NCBI GenBank assembly: GCA_009103225.1
Contig: RHPI01001921.1
Coordinates: 122,719 to 186,718 of the forward strand
Direction of reading: 5' to 3'
Origin: Chlorokybus atmophyticus
Lineage: Eukaryota > Plantae > Mesostigma and Chlorokybus algae
DNA length: 64,000 nt
In this document: positions 9,992 through 23,743 of the stretch, piece by piece
How the letters are laid out: each line of letters begins with the position of its first letter
Numbering within the stretch: position 1 is the first letter of the stretch
The notes under the pieces: generated by a model
The model's database searches: none
Told to the model about the DNA's origin: nothing
What the model saw: the letters and a program-made list of their open reading frames with translations, nothing else
Translations under genes and position numbers: made by a program

Positions 9992-11993
9992 ATGGCGGCA
10001 GCGACGCCGGGTGGCGCGCAGTCGGAGGGCGGCGGCAGGCAGAGCACGAGCATGAGGCGGCGGCCAAGGGACCTCAGCCCACTCAAGCACACAACCAGGC
10101 TCAAGTCCATGTTTGGATCTCAGGCAAGCACTGGCTCAGTAGCGGGGTTGGAAGCAGCTTGTCTGGGTTGCACCACGGGTAGTGACATCATCACATATGT
10201 ATGTGTGCAGCCGGTGTCGCAGAGGGTGTCGTCCCCGATGTACGGCTTCGGCAGCGCAAGCCGCAGCAACATGCAGAAGGTGTTCCTCACAAAGGACCAC
10301 GACAAGTCCAACTATGGCGGCAACAGCCCCGGTACGAGGCTTTGGACAGCAACACCAAGTTATAGTATATTAGCTGATGGTATCCAATTGCTAACCAAGT
10401 GGCACACGCGCAGGCCCCATCTACGACCTGCATTCATCCATTGGCAAACAGAACACCTCACGCAACGAGTCCTCGCCGCTCTTCAGCTTCGGCACTGCCA
10501 ATCGCTTTGACAAGGTAAGAACGAGCAACCAGCAAAATAGCGTTTAACCTCCACTTCCGCACAGCATCCATGTTGTCAACAATAGTCACAAACAAAGGTG
10601 AAACTAAGAAACAATCAACACAAGCACACGCGCACCCACACGCGCACACCTATAAACCCATCCCCGTAGCAGGGACGACCCGGGACTGGCAGCGCTCCTG
10701 GCCCCGGCGCATACGTCACCAAGCCTTCTATTGGCACAGCGGTGAGCAACGACACGCACACACAGTGCGGTTGTGGTTGCTACTTCTTGTATCTTACATC
10801 ACGTACAAGCTAGACGACACTATCAAGATGATCCACTCACTGATGTGCCCACCACAATGCAGCAAGCGGAGAGCACCACGCGAAGCGCCAGCACGTTCAC
10901 ATTCGGCAGCAGCACGCGGGAACACCAGAAGCACATCTACGTCTCATCCGAGCTCGCAAAGGTAAACTTGACAAGTCCATTGTGTGTTATATACATAAGT
11001 ATGACAACATCATAACACACATGTCCACAGGCGGGTTTCGGTCAGAACTCTCCCGGCCCGAGTGCGTACGCCGTTCGTTCGAGTGTTGGCCCGCAGCTTT
11101 CTTCGCGCAACACCAACTCTCCTCAGTGGGCTTTCAGCAGCGCTGATCGCTTTAAGGGCGGTGGTGGTGAGGGTGTTGCGGGTGCGGGTACGGGTGGCGG
11201 CGGGTCCGCTTCCTCACCCACCTCACCCACCATTAGCAAAGCCACGCCCGGCGCGGGACAGTATAATGTTGGGTCCACGCTAGGCAAGCAAGCTGACAGC
11301 AAGAAGGCATCCCTGCCGATGTACTCGTTCGGGTCCTGCGCGCGTGATGCGAGAGCCAAAGTGTACATCTCACCTGAACATGAGAAGAGCCACTTTGGAG
11401 AACACTCACCGGGACCCACATCCGCCAACCCACGATCCTCCATGGTGAGTGTGTGTGAGTGTGCACACAAGTGCATTTGTATGTTGTGCATGTTGTGCTG
11501 GTTGGCTTGGCAGATGGCGGCATGGATGGAGCATAGTTGTAGTGGTGTCAAGTAGAGTGGCTGTTTGGGTTGGTTGCTATAAGGACTGATGGGGCATAGT
11601 GGTAGTGGTGGTTAAGAGGGTGAGAGAGAGCAACCACACACCCTCTTCTGGGCTCACTTCACAGGGCAAGCAGCCGGTGTCGAACAAAGGGTCTTCGGCA
11701 GCGTGGGCGTTCGGGTCCGGTCCTCGCTTCAACCAACACGCTGCTGCCCTCGCTCCGGGCCCCGGCGCATACGACACATAAAACTCTAAAGCACACTCAC
11801 TGAAGAAGGAAGGGGAAAGCCACAACCACAACAACCTCAATAACAAAACAACAACAACCACTTTATTCAGGGGGTGCAAGGTTCCTCTGTCAAGACGTCC
11901 GCGGCGGTGTGGGGCTTCGGCACCGCCTCGCGCTTCAACCGAGGTGGCGACGGCAAGGCGACGATGCCCGGCCCGGGGGCATACGATTTGTGA
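9992..11993 (+). CDS. SHIPPO-repeat / ODF3-like ciliary microtubule-associated protein
   Basis: Repeated modules of the form (G.Q..S...S.P..(S/G)FG...R)...(PGPG.Y) across about 7 exons, e.g. SPMYGFGSASR, APGPGAYVTKPSIG, SPGPSAYAVRSSVG, TPGAGQYNVGSTLG, MPGPGAYDL*. The start codon is uncertain. Confidence 0.75.
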
Positions 11994-12507
11994 TGGTGGT
12001 GATGATGATGAAGATACTGCTTGTTGATAGACTATGGAACTGATTGATACAAATGTAGCGCGTGAGACGCTGCGCCAGGCTGAACACATACACCTGCTGA
12101 CCTATACCTCTACTATTCGCAGTTGTGGCTGGTGATATGCTTGCTTTGCACGCTTTGCACGCTTTGCAAACATGTTCAAGATATGACCTCCGCTCTCTCC
12201 AGTCTCCACAACAAATGCATGCATGCAATGCCATAAACATGCATACCGCTGGATGTGGCTCCAACTCACCAATGTGCCAACTTTGCAAACGGCAAGCAGC
12301 CTGTGCCTGTGATCATTTGGAGTAGGAGAGTTGCAATGAAATTGCAGATGCATAAGAGTCACACCATCAGCACTGCTGGCATCCCATGTCTGTTTTGAGT
12401 AGCGTGTTGCCTTTTGTCCATCCGCACAAACACAGGAACGGTCGGCATGTGCGACCATCTCATCTGTACAAGTTACTACTGATACAACTAACCGTTCCAC
12501 ACCATCA

Positions 12508-13887
12508 TTATCGCATGGGCCGGTTCGGCACCACTGGCAATCCAAAATCATCCACCTGCTGCTCAATCACAAAGAATAGTAAGAACCCATGCAAGTCAGG
12601 CACGCACACACGCACGTATGTATGCATGCACATGCACACGCACGCACACGAACACACAACACACCTCTGCGCTGGCGGGCTGTGCGATTCGTCCAGCAGG
12701 TGCAGCCGGTAGTGCCATTTCCGCTTCATGTGCGCTGCCAACCGGTTCCGGCTGTAGATAGGACGGCACATCCTCTGCAGCTGCCGAGTCCGATATCATA
12801 TCCGTCTCAAGTGCATCGAGCTCCCCGAGCAGCTCATCCTCGTCGATGTCCTCGGGCACACCGTACGACCTCCCCATCACGTCGTTCATCTCGTTGGCGT
12901 AGTCCACGAGGTCGTACATCTCGTCCTGCATCGCCTCGATCTTGTTGATGTTCATCGTCTTCTGGTAACCCTTGAGGTCCTTGGCCGCAGCCTTCATCGC
13001 GGTAAGCTGCTGCTGGGAATCCTTCATTGTTTGCTGCGCAAACGCCACCTGCAGAGAACAAGAGAGAGCATACAACACGCACGTGTGTGTATAAGACCCA
13101 ACATCGACCATAACATACTCAATGTGGTGTATGTGACATGGATGCATGTCAACTTGTAGACCGCTCGAAACATGATGATGTCATACCCACACGTGCACGT
13201 GCACGCACAAGCACGCCGCATCCGCACACATGCGCGTAGGCTTCATGTGTACAACATAACACAAACCTGTTCGAGGCCAAACTGCTGGTTGTACAGCTGC
13301 TCGCGTTGCCCCTCATACAGTCTCTTCTGCTTGAGCACCTACAGGAGCAGCAAGGAAGGAGTGTCTATGCATGTGTGAAAGTCTCTTTGCATACTGAAGA
13401 CGTATGCCCGCGCACCTGCATGGCGCGGCGCTTGACCGCTTCCTGCGCGGGGCCGGGACGTGTGCGCTTGATCTGCTCGCGATATTGCGCCAGCTGGGCG
13501 TCCAGCTTCCGCACCTGACGAAGAGAGAGACGTGTGAGATGACGAACCGAGTGTGCTGTTAACCATGGTGGTGGTTACGTTGCTGTTTGGAAGCATGTGC
13601 AGGTGCAGTTTCGTGCATGCGCCAAGTTGTGCAAGGTGTGCGTTGAGACAGTCTGCAGAAGTGCCATGTTTTTGCGACGCGTTGCAACGCGAGGTTTGAT
13701 CTAGCAAGCACGAGTGATTGAGTTTGAGACGTGATTATCCTTGCTTGTCTATATGTGAGCGCTGCTGGTAACTAACTGTACGCGCCTTGTCGTCCACGGT
13801 GTCCCCGCGAGAGCCAAGCGAGCTGTTTGCATCTTCCAGCGACGGCGGCGGCGCCTTCTCCTTCGCCGCCCCAAACAGCCGCTTCAT
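12508..13887 (-). CDS. VPS60: ESCRT-III subunit Vps60/CHMP5 (Snf7 family)
   Basis: MKRLFGAAKEKAPPPSLEDA...VLKQKRLYEGQREQLYNQQFGLEQ...INKIEAMQDEMYDL...GRSYGVPEDIDEDELLGELDAL...VDDFGLP; 5 exons with GT-AG junctions. Confidence 0.92.
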
Positions 13888-14256
13888 CTTGGCTGGCCTG
13901 CGGCTGGCCTGGTGCCTACACTACCCTGCTGCCCCCTTGCTCGCCACCCCCACACCTTGACGCCAACGCCACAGCCCTAACCGCACCACGCGCTCAATCA
14001 GCTCATTCCTTGACAGCAGCAACCCGCGTAAAGCTGTCTCCCACTCTTCCGCCGCCGCCAGACACCTGCACACCGCGGCGGCCAACACTGCACCTGCTAC
14101 TGCCGCGTGTCAGCAGTCAGTTTAGGGTTTGAACGTCAGAAAGGAATAACCACATCGGCTATACGAATATAAAGAAAGTGTCCGAAAATACACGCTTGCT
14201 CTTGCTCAGCTTGCCACGTCGTCACACAAGGAGGAGGAGGGGTTGGTCACGTGACC

Positions 14257-17200
14257 ATGGCGGCGGCGGCGGCGGCGGGGAGGGTGAGGATGGTGGTGTC
14301 GGTGTGGGTGATGATGGCGCTTCTCTTGGGAGTGGCTGCTGGCGTCCGTGGGGTGGATGGGGGCAGCGTGGAAAGGGAGTACAGGCGTTTCCTAGCGGAC
14401 CTCACGGATGAGCTCAATGTAACGGTTGGTATGACTTCTGCATACACTGATGCTTTCATTCCCACTACTTTGGAAATGTAACTGATCTTTCACAAGAGTC
14501 GAGTTTCATTGTGTGATTTGCCAGCGTTTTGCTAAGCAGACCCGAGCACTGCACTATTTGCAGCCTGGACTCATCAGAACTAAGTCAAAGTTTAATTAAC
14601 TGAGTTAACTAAGAATATATGACCAAGGTATCAAGATTGAAGGGTTTGGTGTCTTTTGTAATAGAGGAGATAAGCACGAGTATCACTATATTATTATATT
14701 TGCAGTCACATTTATGTTTACGTGCATGCTAGGCTAGTGGCACAGTGCGATATGTGGGTTTGTCCTCATTATAGTGTAATCTGAGCGCAGAAAGGCAGCA
14801 GTTGTGCATGCATGCATCTGTCAGGATGCTGCCATCTCACTATTCGCATAAACCCTTGTGTATTGACCCTTGCTGCCACCTCTCCCGCCCCCACCTTTTG
14901 CCCCACAGTCAGTAGTCGCCCGCACCTCACTCTCACAATGCACACCTTCATGCACGTTTACACAAAACACCCACACACTCACACACTTTTGGTCTGTCTC
15001 ATTCACATGCACAAATATACATGCCCGCCCGCGCAAATGCACACGCACGCACAAACAAGCAAACAGACACGTAATTGCAGGTGACCTCTCCTCCTCCTCC
15101 TCCTCCTCCTCCTCCCCCTCCCACTCCACCACCACCTCCTCCCTCTCCCCCTCCCTCTCCCTCTCNNNNNNNNNNNNNNNNNNNNNNNNNNNNNNNNNNN
15201 NNNNNNNNNNNNNNNNNNNNNNNNNNNNNNNNNNNNNNNNNNNNNNNNNNNNNNNNNNNNNNNNNNNNNNNNNNNNNNNNNNNNNNNNNNNNNNNNNNNN
15301 NNNNNNNNNNNNNNNNNNNNNNNNNNNNNNNNNNNNNNNNNNNNNNNNNNNNNNNNNNNNNNNNNNNNNNNNNNNNNNNNNNNNNNNNNNNNNNNNNNNN
15401 NNNNNNNNNNNNNNNNNNNNNNNNNNNNNNNNNNNNNNNNNNNNNNNNNNNNNNNNNNNNNNNNNNNNNNNNNNNNNNNNNNNNNNNNNNNNNNNNNNNN
15501 NNNNNNNNNNNNNNNNNNNNNNNNNNNNNNNNNNNNNNNNNNNNNNNNNNNNNNNNNNNNNNNNNNNNNNNNNNNNNNNNNNNNNNNNNNNNNNNNNNNN
15601 NNNNNNNNNNNNNNNNNNNNNNNNNNNNNNNNNNNNNNNNNNNNNNNNNNNNNNNNNNNNNNNNNNNNNNNNNNNNNNNNNNNNNNNNNNNNNNNNNNNN
15701 NNNNNNNNNNNNNNNNNNNNNNNNNNNNNNNNNNNNNNNNNNNNNNNNNNNNNNNNNNNNNNNNNNNNNNNNNNNNNNNNNNNNNNNNNNNNNNNNNNNN
15801 NNNNNNNNNNNNNNNNNNNNNNNNNNNNNNNNNNNNNNNNNNNNNNNNNNNNNNNNNNNNNNNNNNNNNNNNNNNNNNNNNNNNNNNNNNNNNNNNNNNN
15901 NNNNNNNNNNNNNNNNNNNNNNNNNNNNNNNNNNNNNNNNNNNNNNNNNNNNNNNNNNNNNNNNNNNNNNNNNNNNNNNNNNNNNNNNNNNNNNNNNNNN
16001 NNNNNNNNNNNNNNNNNNCCCCACCCCCACCCCCACCCCCAGCCACAGCAACACCACCCACATCAACCCCAGGGTGTCCGACTAACACCCTGTGCGAGAG
16101 CGGGTGGGTGACAAGGTTGGACTCGCCATGCGTGTGCGTGCAACCCAGTATCACAGTCCAGCTGAAACTAGACTCCAGCTTCGCTGCCTTCACTGCGCCG
16201 GGCAAGCAAGCTTTGTTCGTATCCAATGTTGCTGCCGCGTGCTCGGTGCAAACCCAACAGATTGACATACTCTCCGTGCGGGCCGGGTCCGTGTACGTCA
16301 CCTTTGGGGTGAAGCCGTTGACGGGTGAGTATCTGTCGGCGTCGAGCGTGGCGGACATATCGAGAGTGTTTGTCACGGGGACGGCCGTGTTGGATCCGTC
16401 GTTCGGGAGCTATACGGTGGTTGTCACGCCGACGACAATGGCACCGCCGCCACCTCCGCCCACTGGTGATGTCAAGAAGTCATCCAAGAACAAGGTGGTT
16501 GTCATTGCGGCGGCGGCGGGTGGCGGGTCCCTGCTCATCCTTTCTGGTGAGTGTGCGCGTGCGCTTGCTCTGTATGTACATGGGTAGGCACATATGCACG
16601 TATGTTCGTGTATGTGTGTGCATGCGCGCACGCGTGCGTGCGTGCGTGTGCATATGTGTGTGTGCGTGCGTGCATGTGTGGATGTGTCCGATTGTCTCAC
16701 CCACCCTCGTTCCCCACTCTCTCACCCGCTCGCTTACTTACTTCTCATCCGCCCTGCAGCGGTGATCTGCTACTGCATCCACCGCAAGCGTGCCAGGGAG
16801 GACAGCGAAGAAAAGGACGACCTACCTGTGCCACCAATCGCACCATCATCATCCGCACCCCCACCCCCACCAGCACCAACCCGCCCTTCACCCGCACTCG
16901 CATCATCCTCAATGTCCACGCACGGCGCCCCACCTCCGCCACGTCCTCCGTCGCGCGTGCCCTCAAACCCGTCGTTAGCCCCCCCGACACCCGTATCACC
17001 CGCACTCTCAACCACGGGAAGCATCTCCTCCCCCATGTCAACAAAAGGAGGAGTGTTAGGAGTAGAGAGAGGCTCTTTGTCTCTGCGCTTCTTCCGGTTC
17101 GAAGAGTTGGAATCAGCCACGGGTCGGTTCTCACCCTCGGCGTGTTTGGGTCAGGGCGGGTCGGGTACGGTATACTTGGCTCACTTGCCGATGCCCACAT

Positions 17201-18694
17201 CACCGACAGGAGGTGCGACTCAGGTCCGTTTGGCTGCGGTGAAGTGGTTGGATGCTGATAATGGTGGGGACCACAGTGCGGGCGAGTTCGACGCGGAGCT
17301 GAGTGTCTTATCACGCCTGAGACACGAGAACTTGGTGTCTCTCATTGGCTTTTGTAATGAGGACCCGCATCGGCGACTGCTCGTGTACGAGTACGCCACG
17401 CGAGGGAGCCTCGCTAGCTGCCTGCATGTTGGGCCCAAAACAACCCAACATGGGTCGGATACACCCCCTCCCACGCCTCTCACGTGGCATGAGAGGCTGC
17501 GCATTGCTGCGGGGAGTGCAAGAGGGTTGGCGTATCTACATGATGCGGTCCCGCCGGTGGTGCACAGGGACTTCAAGCCGTCCAATGTGCTTCTGGATAG
17601 CACACTCCGGCCCATGCTAGCGGACTTTGGACTTGCGCGACAGGTTGCACCCGAGCGCACGCACGCTACCACACGCATCATGGGCACATTCGGATACGTT
17701 GCACCTGAGGTAATGATCACGAGCACACGCTTGCGCACACACAACCACACACAAGCGTGGACACATATGTACACGCATGCACGCGCGTGGGCGCAAGCGC
17801 ACATACCCACATGCGCGTGCGTGCGTGCGCGCACACACATGCAAGCACGCACGTACTCACGCACACATGCACGCGTGTACACCCACCCACACTTACGCAT
17901 CTCTCTGCATGCGTAAATGTGCTTGCGCACGCATGCATGTGGGTATGTATTACAACTGTTGTCTCACGATTGTTATCTTGTAGTACGCGATGACGGGTCA
18001 CCTGACCTCTCACTCCGACACCTACTCCTTCGGCGTGGTGTTACTAGAACTCCTCACCGGCCGCGAACCCGTCGACATGCGCCGCCCCGCAGGCGAACAA
18101 ATCCTCGTACGCTGGTGGACAACACTATCCTCAAACTCTTCGACAACACCTTCTTCAATAGCATCCGCCATCGATCCCAACATGTTGGGTCCAATTCCGA
18201 GTGTAGATGAAGCTGCTGCGGTTGGTGCAGTTGCCTCACGTTGCATCGCACCCGAGCAGGAGTCACGCCCGTCCATGAGTCACGTTGCGTGGCTACTCGA
18301 AGGGATACAAAGTGGTGCTATCACACACCCAACGCAAGTCCTCGCCGCACCCGACCGCAAACACAACAACAACAACATAGCCACGAGTCCCAGTCTCACC
18401 CGTGCAGCCACGCGTGACGTGAGGTTGCGTATCATAGAGGAGGGCCCCGCTGCTGCGGCCGACACACCAAGCAACAACATGCCCACAAAGAAGGGTGGTG
18501 GGGTGAAGTCACCCGCGGAGATAGGTGCTGGAGGATCGAGACGACAGTCGCATAGCAGGCACGGAAGCCGCGATTATGACTTTGACTTTGATGATGAGGG
18601 TGGAAGTGGTAGTGGTGATGGCCATGGTGATGGTGTGGCGAGGAGTGTTGCACCTACGGCTGCGGTGCACTCGCGGCGAGGGAGCCGCTCGTAG
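14257..18694 (+). CDS. RLK/Pelle receptor-like kinase of the extensin/ALE2-like type: signal peptide, Pro-rich ectodomain (partly in a gap), Cys-containing SEA-like module, TM helix, kinase
   Basis: Hydrophobic N-terminus MVVSVWVMMALLLGVAAG; poly-Pro; SPCVCVQPSITVQLKL and VRAGSVYVTFGV; TM VVVIAAAAGGGSLLILS|AVICYCI. Kinase motifs LGQGGSGTVY, HRDFKPSNVLLD, DFGLAR, TRIMGTFGYVAPE|YAMTGHL, SDTYSFGVVLLELLTGREPVDM. Confidence 0.88.
15166..16018. other. Assembly gap inside the Pro-rich ectodomain exon of the receptor kinase
   Basis: N run flanked on both sides by CCT/CCA/CCC proline codons. Confidence 0.95.
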
Positions 18695-19239
18695 CGGTGA
18701 TGTTGGTGTTGGTGTCGGTGTTGTACTGTTGTTACGCATTGTAGTTATGTTTCTGATTTACTACGGGATTGGTGTACCACATTAGGTACCTATTCCCGTC
18801 CGCACCATAAGCATGACGGGCGCGGCCTCATCGTAGGTGTGAGGCTGATGTATTTGCTACACATTGTGGTATTGTTGATGTTGTTGGTAGTGGTGGTGTT
18901 GTGCTTCATGCTGCAGTCATATCAGTGACTGCAACATGCGACGGGTGGTGTGATGTGTTGGTTTTCGGGTGCGACCCTTCCAGACTTCTGCCTATTGTGC
19001 TTGCATGCCATTGTGATAGTCGCCTGCAAACTGTGAGCACACTGGAGAAACCACATGCTCAACACGCTCAAGTTATCGCATGCAGTACTGAAACTGTTGC
19101 CCGCTGAACTGTATGCATGGTCGCCATCCCATTGGGTTGTGGATGGATTACACAGCAGCCCAAGTGCAAAGCCGAGTCATGCACATGCACATCAACGCAA
19201 CCTAGCACATCACAGCATAAGGTCACTCGACGTCACACG

Positions 19240-22200
19240 CTACTGCTGGTCATGTGTCTGATACGCGCGCTCGTGTCCGTCCTGCACCGTCATGGCGTTG
19301 AGTAGGTTGCTCTCGACAGCCGCCAGCCGCGCCTTCATGCCCGCCAGGGCCTTCTCTATGCTCTGCACCGCGTCCGGTACCTGCGCCACAACAAGCATGC
19401 GGGTCACACAACAAGCATGAATCAACGTGTGAGTGGTTGCACTCACCACAAGGGGCTGGGTCTGCTGCTTGTGGGGTTTGAGCACAGGCCGGGAGTGGAA
19501 TATCTCACGCATGCGCTGCTTGCGCTGGATGGAGGCTGTCGTGGTCTGCTCGTGGTGCTTCGGCTTTGAAGCACTCTGCGTTGGGCGTGTGTGTGAGAGT
19601 GTGCGTATGTGTGTGTGCGTAAGTGCACTCTTGGACACCGTGTTGCAATGACGCACACACGTGCGTGAGCGCATGCTTGTCAAAAGCAGCACCAAGCACG
19701 AAAGGTAATGCTTGATATCCGCTACTCTCACCTTTACAAGTGGATGTGCGAGGGCGTACTTGAGGGCCGCCAGCGCGGACGTGTGCTGCATGTTGGCGCT
19801 CCCAGACGTGCATGCCGGCAGCTGCTGGAAGGCTCCAACCTGAGAGTGTTGGGTAAGTACATTACTCGTGTAATCACCACTCATACAACACACAATACAA
19901 CGGAACGTACAAGTAAACGCAACGTGCATACCCTTCGTGTGCATCGCTGCCGGTGATTCCTCTCACCCATCCTCGCAAACAGGCCCTCAACGCTCCCACC
20001 CTCTTCATCAGTCTCACTCTGTTGTTCCTCACTCTCCCCATTCCCACCCTGCAACATCTCCTCATCTCCTCCTTCTCCCCTCAACTCCTCCTCGCGCCGG
20101 CCCCATGCCTCAGCCGCCTCGTTGATGCGTTCCAACGCAGCCCTCATTTTCTCGGACTCAGCATCAAACTTGAGCTGTGAACGACAACAACTGTTAGTTG
20201 GAAGCTTGACATGCCGGCACGCGTGCGCACATGCACTACACACCCATGTACCTTTGGTGATAACAAGTGGTGGTCTTCGCACTCGGGAGGCTCTTTGCGG
20301 TAGGGTGCAGGGCGCGAGGGGAGAGGTGCGGGGGGCTGCGGGTGCATTCATTACGTGTTGTGTTGGGTAATTGTACGACTTTGTGGATGATCAACATGGC
20401 AGAGAGACTTGCCAGACACTTACCGTGAGGGTCCACTTCATGTTGTAGGCCTTGAGTGCCCTCCTGGCAGCCTCGAGCGTGCGCTCGCCGCCCGTGAGGG
20501 TGCGGTTGTCCTGCGTCACGCATGCGCGCACCGCCATCGGGTTGCCCCACAACACCACCTGTGTGCATGTGTCAAATAGACATATACATTGTATCCATCA
20601 ATCATACAACAACATCATCCAGCCAAGCGTACATGTCGAAGAGTGGGCACTCGCTTGAGCGGTAGCAACTCGTCGTCCGTGTTGATCCGATTCAGAGATA
20701 GGTCCAACTCCGCCAGCGATGGGAAGCGCCCCTCACCGAAGGCCTGTGGCGATGCGAGTTGTCTGAGTGAGTGCGCCACGCACAAGCTCGATTGCATCTT
20801 GTTTGCAATCACAGACAGATTCCTCGCACCTCCTGAGGCATGTGGGTGATGTGGTTGTTGCCCAGCGACAGCTGTCGGAGCTTCTCCAACTGCTCAAAAG
20901 AATACCGTTTAGGAGCGCATCAGGTACCACAATGCACGCAAGCATGCGCGTTGGCGCACACGCGCATGGCATCACACACACAGATAGACAGACCCACACT
21001 CGCACCCACCCACCCACCCACCCACCCAGACCCCCTCTCACCTTGCTCAGCGCCGCAATCGCTTGCCCCGTCAGATCATTCTCATCCAGCCACATCTGCT
21101 CCAGCATCGGGAACACCCTCGCCGCCTTGGAGTCATAGCTATCATGGCTCGTGCGTCCTAGTTGTGGCGGGACGGACCCCAGCCCGTTGTGAACGAGGGA
21201 GAGGGCGCGGAGGCGAGGGAGGAGAGAGAGGGAGAGGAGGGACTCGGGACCCAGGGCGTTGTAGGACAAGTCCAGGAACTGAGAGGGAGGGGGAGAGTGG
21301 GTGGGGAGAGTGAGTGTGTAGTTTGCCTTCTCTCACTGACTTCTCACTTACTTCTAGGTTTGGGAATGAGTTGGGTGGCGGTTCGACATCAACGAGTCGG
21401 TTGCAAGACAGCCACAAGCGTCGAAGCTTGGGTAGTCCAGCGAGGGACTCCTGTCCCACCACCACTTGTTGGATAATGTTGGCAACACGGTACCACCAAC
21501 ATGTGTGTAAGCGTGTCTCACCATGGAGACGCAGTTGTCGGACAGGTCCAGGCGCTCCAAGTTGACAAACGCGCGCACGTCCTGGAGCTGCACTCCGCAC
21601 ACGCCCGCCGACACAACACGCACCGCGTCCACCTCCTCGGGTCTCTCACACCCGCTCGCCTCCAACTGCACTTGACTATGTTATTACAGCACCTCAAGCA
21701 AAAACTGACTGACTGATGCACTTACTAGTGTGCGTGTGCGCAGGGGCTCGGGGCTTGGGGGGTCCACGGCGAGGAGAGGCAGGCGGGTGTTGTTGGGATT
21801 GGGGTGGGTGTTGCGGCGGCGGCGGCGGGGGCGGGGACGAGGGGGTGCCAACTCGGTTGTGGAGATGATAGCGGGGGGACGGCGCACACGTCTAGAGTCA
21901 CCTGCGTGCGTGCGTGTGCATGCATATGTGCCCGTGCGCGTGTGTGTGCATGTGCGTGCAGGTGTGCTTATGGCTGTGCAAGTGCAATGGGTTGAGACCA
22001 CCCCGTGCATGTTGTGACACTCACGCCTAGCTTTGCGTTCTTCACTGCGAAGCTGTGCACGCGACGGTGACTCTGCCCGAGGCGAATGCGTTGCCGATGT
22101 TGACACGGATGCCGACGACGCGGACGTCCTCTGCGTGTCGAGGATATCTGCACTCTCCTCACCTTCACTCGCAATCTGCGTCGCACACAATCAAGGGACA

Positions 22201-23743
22201 TCAGACCTAGAATCGGGAAACCATATGGTGATGTGCAGGCCTATCTAGTCTCTCACCATTCCGTGTCTTTCTTCGTGCTGCAGAGTTTCGGCTGGCTCAT
22301 CGTGATCAAAATTGTCTCGGTCATCGCTCTCAGGTGTGGCAACATCAGCAACAGGCACGGTTCCAGCGTTATCGGCAACCGATGATAATGATGTATCCGT
22401 TGGTAGCGTGGTGGTCTCGTCCTCCTTTTGCTGCTCGACGGTGCTACGGCGCCGCTCTGCTGCACTGCGAGGCCTGCATTCAACATCTTCAGCACGCCTC
22501 CACATAGTAGAACACACATGTACAGTCACCAACTCACATGCGCATGGACACGTGTATGCGTGTGCGCATGTGCACGTGAGCATGCGTGCACTTGCGTAAG
22601 CGTGCACGGACACGCGCGCACGCTCGCATGAATAATATATACGCCGCACGGGGAAAGCTCCAGGCTCCCGGAGTTTCTCACCTCGTGGGTGGTGTCGACA
22701 TTGCCGTTTGTGTCTTGGGCGCTGAGCTTGGGCGGGAGTGCCATGGTCTTGATGATGTGGTGACGGTGTTGGGAGATGAGCGCGGGCGTGGCGGCGGGAG
22801 GATTGCGTCTGAGATTGGTGCGGTCTTTGTTGTTGAGAAGGTGGACGCGGAGCCTGAACATGACAACAATGATTGCTATACAACAACCTCTAACACGCAC
22901 GCGCACACGCCTATACCCGCACTCGCATATGCCCGTACGCATGCACGTGCACACACACGCCGACGCCGACGCACGCGCACACGCACGCACGCACGCACAC
23001 ACACACGCACACACGCCCTGCACTCAAGCTCCATACCTGGCCGCTGGCGCCAGGGCTGAGCGGATCGCGGCCGCCAGGGTCGCTTCGAAGCATCAGTGCT
23101 CAATGAGTATGACGATGACGCCTGTGACAACAATACGACACAAACTGGGATGCATGCCTCGAGTGATGCAGACAGCGAGGGATGCGCGCGGCACAGATCA
23201 AGCCAATTTTACACGCAAAGTAAAGCATACTCTGAGCATACTCTGAGCATTTAAGCAATACTGTGTGTTATGTGACCTTACCGCGTTGTAGTTGCGCCAA
23301 GGGTCGATGGCAACGCCATCCACCGTTGAGCTCGCAGCCCCGAGACCCGACGAGAAGCTGTTGGCTCCGATGTTGCTTGACGATGAAGGAAGCAAAGCAT
23401 CATCATCCAACACTCCAGGGTGTGGTCTTTGACTCTCATCATCAACATCGTCCTCCTCCACCTGATGTATCTCTACTACTACCTCTACTACCTTTTCCAC
23501 CCCTCCACCACTTTCTCCCTGATCTAACTGCTGATGCTCATCAGCAATCCATGATCTTTCATATTTGTCAACATCAACATCCTTAACAATAGCTTGCGCG
23601 TTTGCTATCCTCTCCTCCTGCTCCTCAACCGCATCACCTCCGCCCTCGTCATCATGTACGTCCTCCCCCCGGTCCTCCACCTCCACCTCCACGCCGCTCT
23701 CAGCGTCACCCCCAGCGGCGTCAAGCATCACCGCTTCCTCCAT
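19240..23743 (-). CDS. XRRA1: Leucine-rich repeat protein, XRRA1-like
   Basis: LEASGCERPEEV, then SDS22-type LRRs: LERLDLSDN, LRRLWLSCNRL, LEFLDLSYNAL, LPRLRALSLVHNGLGSVPP, FPMLEQMWLDENDL, FPSLAELDLSLNRINTDDELLPL. C-terminal IEKALAGMKARLAAVESNL. LRR order and the FP.LE motifs resemble XRRA1 as recalled. The 5' end may extend towards 24.2 kb. Confidence 0.7.

Noticed and set aside
14870-16376. Long X-filled ORFs
   Set aside because: They span an N gap and carry no information.
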